A DNA stretch of 64,000 nt from the human T2T-CHM13v2.0 reference genome, Homo sapiens. The notes beneath the pieces are model-generated. The model made no database searches. It worked only from the letters and a program-made list of their open reading frames with translations, and was not told the DNA's origin. Within the stretch, counting starts at the first letter, position 1. Each line of letters opens with the position of its first letter. Below, piece after piece: positions 54,812 through 64,000 of this stretch. The stretch lies in assembly GCF_009914755.1 (NCBI RefSeq), contig NC_060939.1; one strand, written 5' to 3'. Position numbers and translations under genes: made by a program.

Positions 54812-56637
54812 TGTGTCCGGAATTGGTGGGTTCTTGGTCTCACTGACTTCAAGAATGACGCCATGGGCCCTCGCGGTGAGTGTTACAGCTCTTAAGGTGG
54901 CGCGTCTGGAGTTTGTTCCTTCTGATGTTCGGATGTGTTCGGAGTTTCTTCCTTCTGGTGGGTTCGTGGTCTCGCTGGCTCAGGAGTGAAGCTGCAGACT
55001 TTCGCGGTGAGTGTTACAGCTCTTAAGGCAGCACGTCTGGAGTTGTTTGTTCCTCCCGGTGGGCTCATGGTCTCGCTGGCTTCAAGAGTGAAGCTGCAGA
55101 CCTTTGCTGTGAGTGTTACAGTTTATAAAAGCAGCGTGGACCCAAAGAGTGAGCAGTAGCAAGATTTATCGCAAAGAGCGAAAGAACAAAGCTTCCACAG
55201 TGTGGAAGGGGACCCGAGCGGGTTGCCACTGCTAGCTCGGGCAGCCTGCTTTTATTCTCTTATCTGGCCCCACCCACATCCTGCTGATTGGTAGAGCCAA
55301 GTGGTCTGTTTTGACAGGGCGCTGATTGGTGCATTTACAATCCCTGAGCTAGACACAAAGGTTCTCCATGGCCCCATCAGATTAGTTAGACACAGAGTAT
55401 CGACACAAAGGTTCTCCAAGGCCCCACCAGAGCAGCTAGATACAGAGTGTCGATTGGTGCACTCACAAACCCTAAGCTAGACATAAATGTTCTCCAAGGC
55501 CCCACCAGAGTAGCTAGATACAGAGTGTCAACTGGTGCACTCACAAACCCTGAGCTAGACACAGGGTGCTGATTGGTGTGTTTACAAACCTTGAGGTAGA
55601 TACAGAGTGCCGATTGGTGTATTTACAATCCCTGAGCTAGACATAAAGGTTCTCCAAGGCCCCACCAGAGTAGCCAGATACAGAGTGTCGATTGGTGCAT
55701 TCACAAACCCTGAGCTAGACACAGGGTGCTGATTGGAGTGTTTACAAACCTTGAGCTAGATACAGAGTGCCGATTGGTGTGTTTACAATCACTGAGCTAG
55801 ACATAAAGGTTCTCCAAGGCCCCACCAGAGCAGTTAGATAGAGTGTGGATTGGTGCACTCACAAACCCTGAGCTAGACACAGGGTGCTGATAGGTGTGTT
55901 TACAAACCTTGAGCTAGATACAGAGTGCCGATTGGTGTATTTACAATCCCTGAGCTAGACATAAAAGTCCTCCAAGGCCCCACCAGACTCAGGAGCTCAG
56001 CTGGCTTCACCCAGTGAATCCCACACCTGCGCTGCAGGTGGAGCTGCCTGCCAGTCCCAGTGCCATACGCCCGCACTCCTCAGCCCTTGGGTGGTGGATG
56101 GGACTGGGCGCCGTGGAGCAGGGGGCGGCGCTCATCAGGGAGGCTCAGGCTGCACAGGAACCCACGGAGTGGGTGGGAGGCTCAGGCATGGGGGGCTGCA
56201 GGTCCCAAGCCCTGCCCGGCGGGAAGGCAGCTAAGCCTCCGTGAGAAATTGAGCGCAGCGCCGGTGGGCTGGCACTGCTGGGGGACCCAGTACACCCTCC
56301 GCAGCTGCTGGCCCGGGTGCTAAGTCCCTCATTGCCCGGGGCCAGCAGGGCTGGCCGACTGCTCCGAGTGCGGGGCCGCCAAGCCCACGCCCACCCGGAA
56401 CTCCAGCTGGCCCGCAAGCGCCTCACGCAGCCCCGGTTCCCGCTCGCGCCTCTCCCTCCACACCTCCCTGCAAGCTGAGGGAGTGGGCTCCAGCCTTGGC
56501 CAGCCCAGAAAGGGGCTCCCACAGTGCAGTGGTGGGCTGAAGGGCTCCTCAAGTGCCGCCAAACTGGGAGCCCAGGCAGAGGAGGTGCCGAGAGCAAGCG
56601 AGGGCTCTGAGGACTGCCAGCACGCTGTCACCTCTCA
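54812..56637 (-). mobile_element. Complete LTR12C (HERV9) solo LTR inserted in an old L1
   Basis: Minus strand starts TGAGAGGTGACAGCGTGCTGGCAGTCC and ends CACCAATTCCGGACACA. 4-bp TSD ATAC (54808-54811 / 56638-56641). The L1 text AAATGGAATCATAC|AGTATGTAG resumes across it. Confidence 0.95.
55280..55990 (-). repeat. LTR12 U3 tandem ~40-50 bp enhancer repeats with ~10 CCAAT boxes
   Basis: Repeated GATTGGTG...ACAAACCCTGAGCTAGACACAG / TACAGAGTG units. Confidence 0.9.
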
Positions 56638-56889
56638 ATACAGTATGTAGCCCTTTGAGTCTGTTTTCTCTCACTCAGCATAACGATTATGATATTTGTC
56701 CATGTTGATGTGGGCATCAATTTATAAAAACAATTTTAATGCAAACATTCAATAGGGCTTCTTTCCCATTTTCCCAAGATTTCATCTCTCTCTCTGCTAT
56801 GGACACAGATGGCTTCACTCCATCCTGTATTCTTCGGACCATGATAAAATTCCAGACTCTCGGTAGTTTTTGCGTTCCAAGAAGTAGAG

Positions 56890-62610
<5,721 letters not shown>

Positions 62611-63053
62611 TTACACTAATCCATGTGAGAGATGATGGTGACCTGCCCAGCATTGGGAAGTAGGAAGGCATGGGAAGTGCTTGAATGCTGAGTGTGTTTT
62701 GCAGGCAGAGCTGACAGAATTTTCTGACTGACCAATGGGGTGTGAGAAGTGAGAGGCCAAGGAGGACACCCAGTATTTTGAGCAACTGGAAGAACAGAGT
62801 TGCCATTAACTTCTTGTTGACTAGAATTTAATCACATGGCATAGGAGGCAGAATTCTAAGAATTCTTCCTATGATCCTTGCCTTGGCATAATCCCTTTCT
62901 TCCTTTTTGAGGATAGGTAGAAATCAACATGATCTCACTCCTGAGATTATGTTCTGTTATAAAGCAAAAGGATTATCCAGGTGGGTGTAATCTAATCACA
63001 AGCCCTTGAAAATCAGTTTTTCTGGCTGCTGGGCAGAAGGGGAAGACAGAGAG

Positions 63054-63119
63054 TGTATTAATCAGGGTTCTCCAGAGAGGCAGAACCAATAGAAAGGATG
63101 GATGAATAGATAGATAGAT

Positions 63120-63154
<35 letters not shown>

Positions 63155-63947
63155 AGGGGGTATTTTTTAAAAAAGAGATGGAGTCTCACTAGGATGCCCA
63201 GGCTGTTCTTGAACTCCTGAGCTCAACTGATTCTCCTGTGTCCACCTCCCAAAGTGCTGAGATTACAGGCATGAGCCACCACACCCAGCCAGAAAGTATT
63301 TTTTAATTAAGGTGTGTACTATGTTTTTTTTAGGCATAATGAATGCTATTGCACATGTAATAGATTACAGTATAGTGTAAACATAACTTTTACATGCACT
63401 GGGAAACAAAAAAATGTGAGCCAGTGCACCTGGCTGAGAGGGGATTTATTAGAGGAATTGGCTCATGTGATTATGGTAGGCAAAAAGTCCCACAATGAGC
63501 CATATGCAAGCTGGAGACCCTGGGATGCTGGTAGCATGGCTCAATCCAAGTCTGAAGGCCTCAGAACCAGGGAGGCCAAGGGTGTAACTCTCAGGCCGAG
63601 CCCAGAGGCCTGAGAACTCAGGGAGGGGAGCCACTGATGTAAGTCCTGGAATCCAAAGGCCGAGAAGTCTGGAGTTATTGTCCAAGGACGGGAGAGGAAG
63701 AGTGTATCCCAGCTCCAGCAGGTAGATCAGCACATTCATTTTTGCCCTGGTTTTTCTTCTCTCCAAGCCCCCAGCAGATTGAATGGTGCCCACCCACATT
63801 GCAGGCAGATCTTTCCCACCTAGTCCACTGAGACTCACACACTAATCTCCTCTGGAAACACCTTCACAGAGACACTCAAAAGAATGCTTTAGTAGGTTTC
63901 TACGTTTTCCTTAATCCAGTTAAGTTGACACCTAAAATTAACCATCA
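63054..63947 (-). mobile_element. MLT2 (ERVL) LTR containing (GATA)n, an Alu monomer and a Tigger1-like fragment (~63295-63420)
   Basis: TGTATTAATCAGGGTTCTCCAGAGAG...AAGTTGACACCTAAAATTAACCATCA; 5-bp TSD GAGAG. Confidence 0.8.
63107..63153 (+). repeat. (GATA)n tetranucleotide microsatellite
   Basis: About 11 TAGA units with one interruption. Confidence 0.9.
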
Positions 63948-64000
63948 GAGAGAGATTCCAAGCATAAGAAAGGCACTGCACCAAGGCTGCCTTGAAGATG

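Noticed and set aside
55280-55990. Regularly spaced repeats resembling a CRISPR array
   Set aside because: These are LTR12 U3 tandem enhancer units: the 'spacers' repeat, there are no cas genes, and the context is eukaryotic.

Overview
Primate DNA, almost certainly human chr15q24.1, recognised from the protein sequences. Left to right: (1) positions 1-9464 are intron 1 of SEMA7A (minus strand), followed by its CpG-island promoter and coding exon 1 (9465-9642). (2) A ~12 kb intergenic stretch holds a near-consensus CTCF site and small local duplications. (3) The complete UBL7 gene (minus strand) has 10 coding exons. I spliced them by hand at GT-AG junctions into a 380-aa UBL-UBA protein, ending at an apparently non-canonical AATATA poly(A) signal. 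(4) A compact bidirectional promoter (~36.7-37.3 kb; ETS, ZNF143/THAP11, GC-box, TATAAA) is shared with the divergent lncRNA UBL7-DT/UBL7-AS1. (5) The last ~27 kb is repeat-dense: dozens of Alus, old L1, MSTA, THE1, MLT1/MLT2, MER1A, and a complete LTR12C solo LTR with a target-site duplication (TSD). Nearly all entries in the ORF track are spurious (Alu, LTR or GC-rich). I see no evidence for a new protein-coding system. The most unusual signals are two Alus carrying ~40-nt non-Alu inserts copied from sequence 0.7 kb and 2.6 kb away, one with a snap-back hairpin, which look like fossil templated-insertion repair scars. Also notable: an LTR12C promoter aimed at UBL7, and inverted Alus bracketing the in-frame UBL7 exon 3. 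Repeat boundaries and subfamilies are by eye and approximate.
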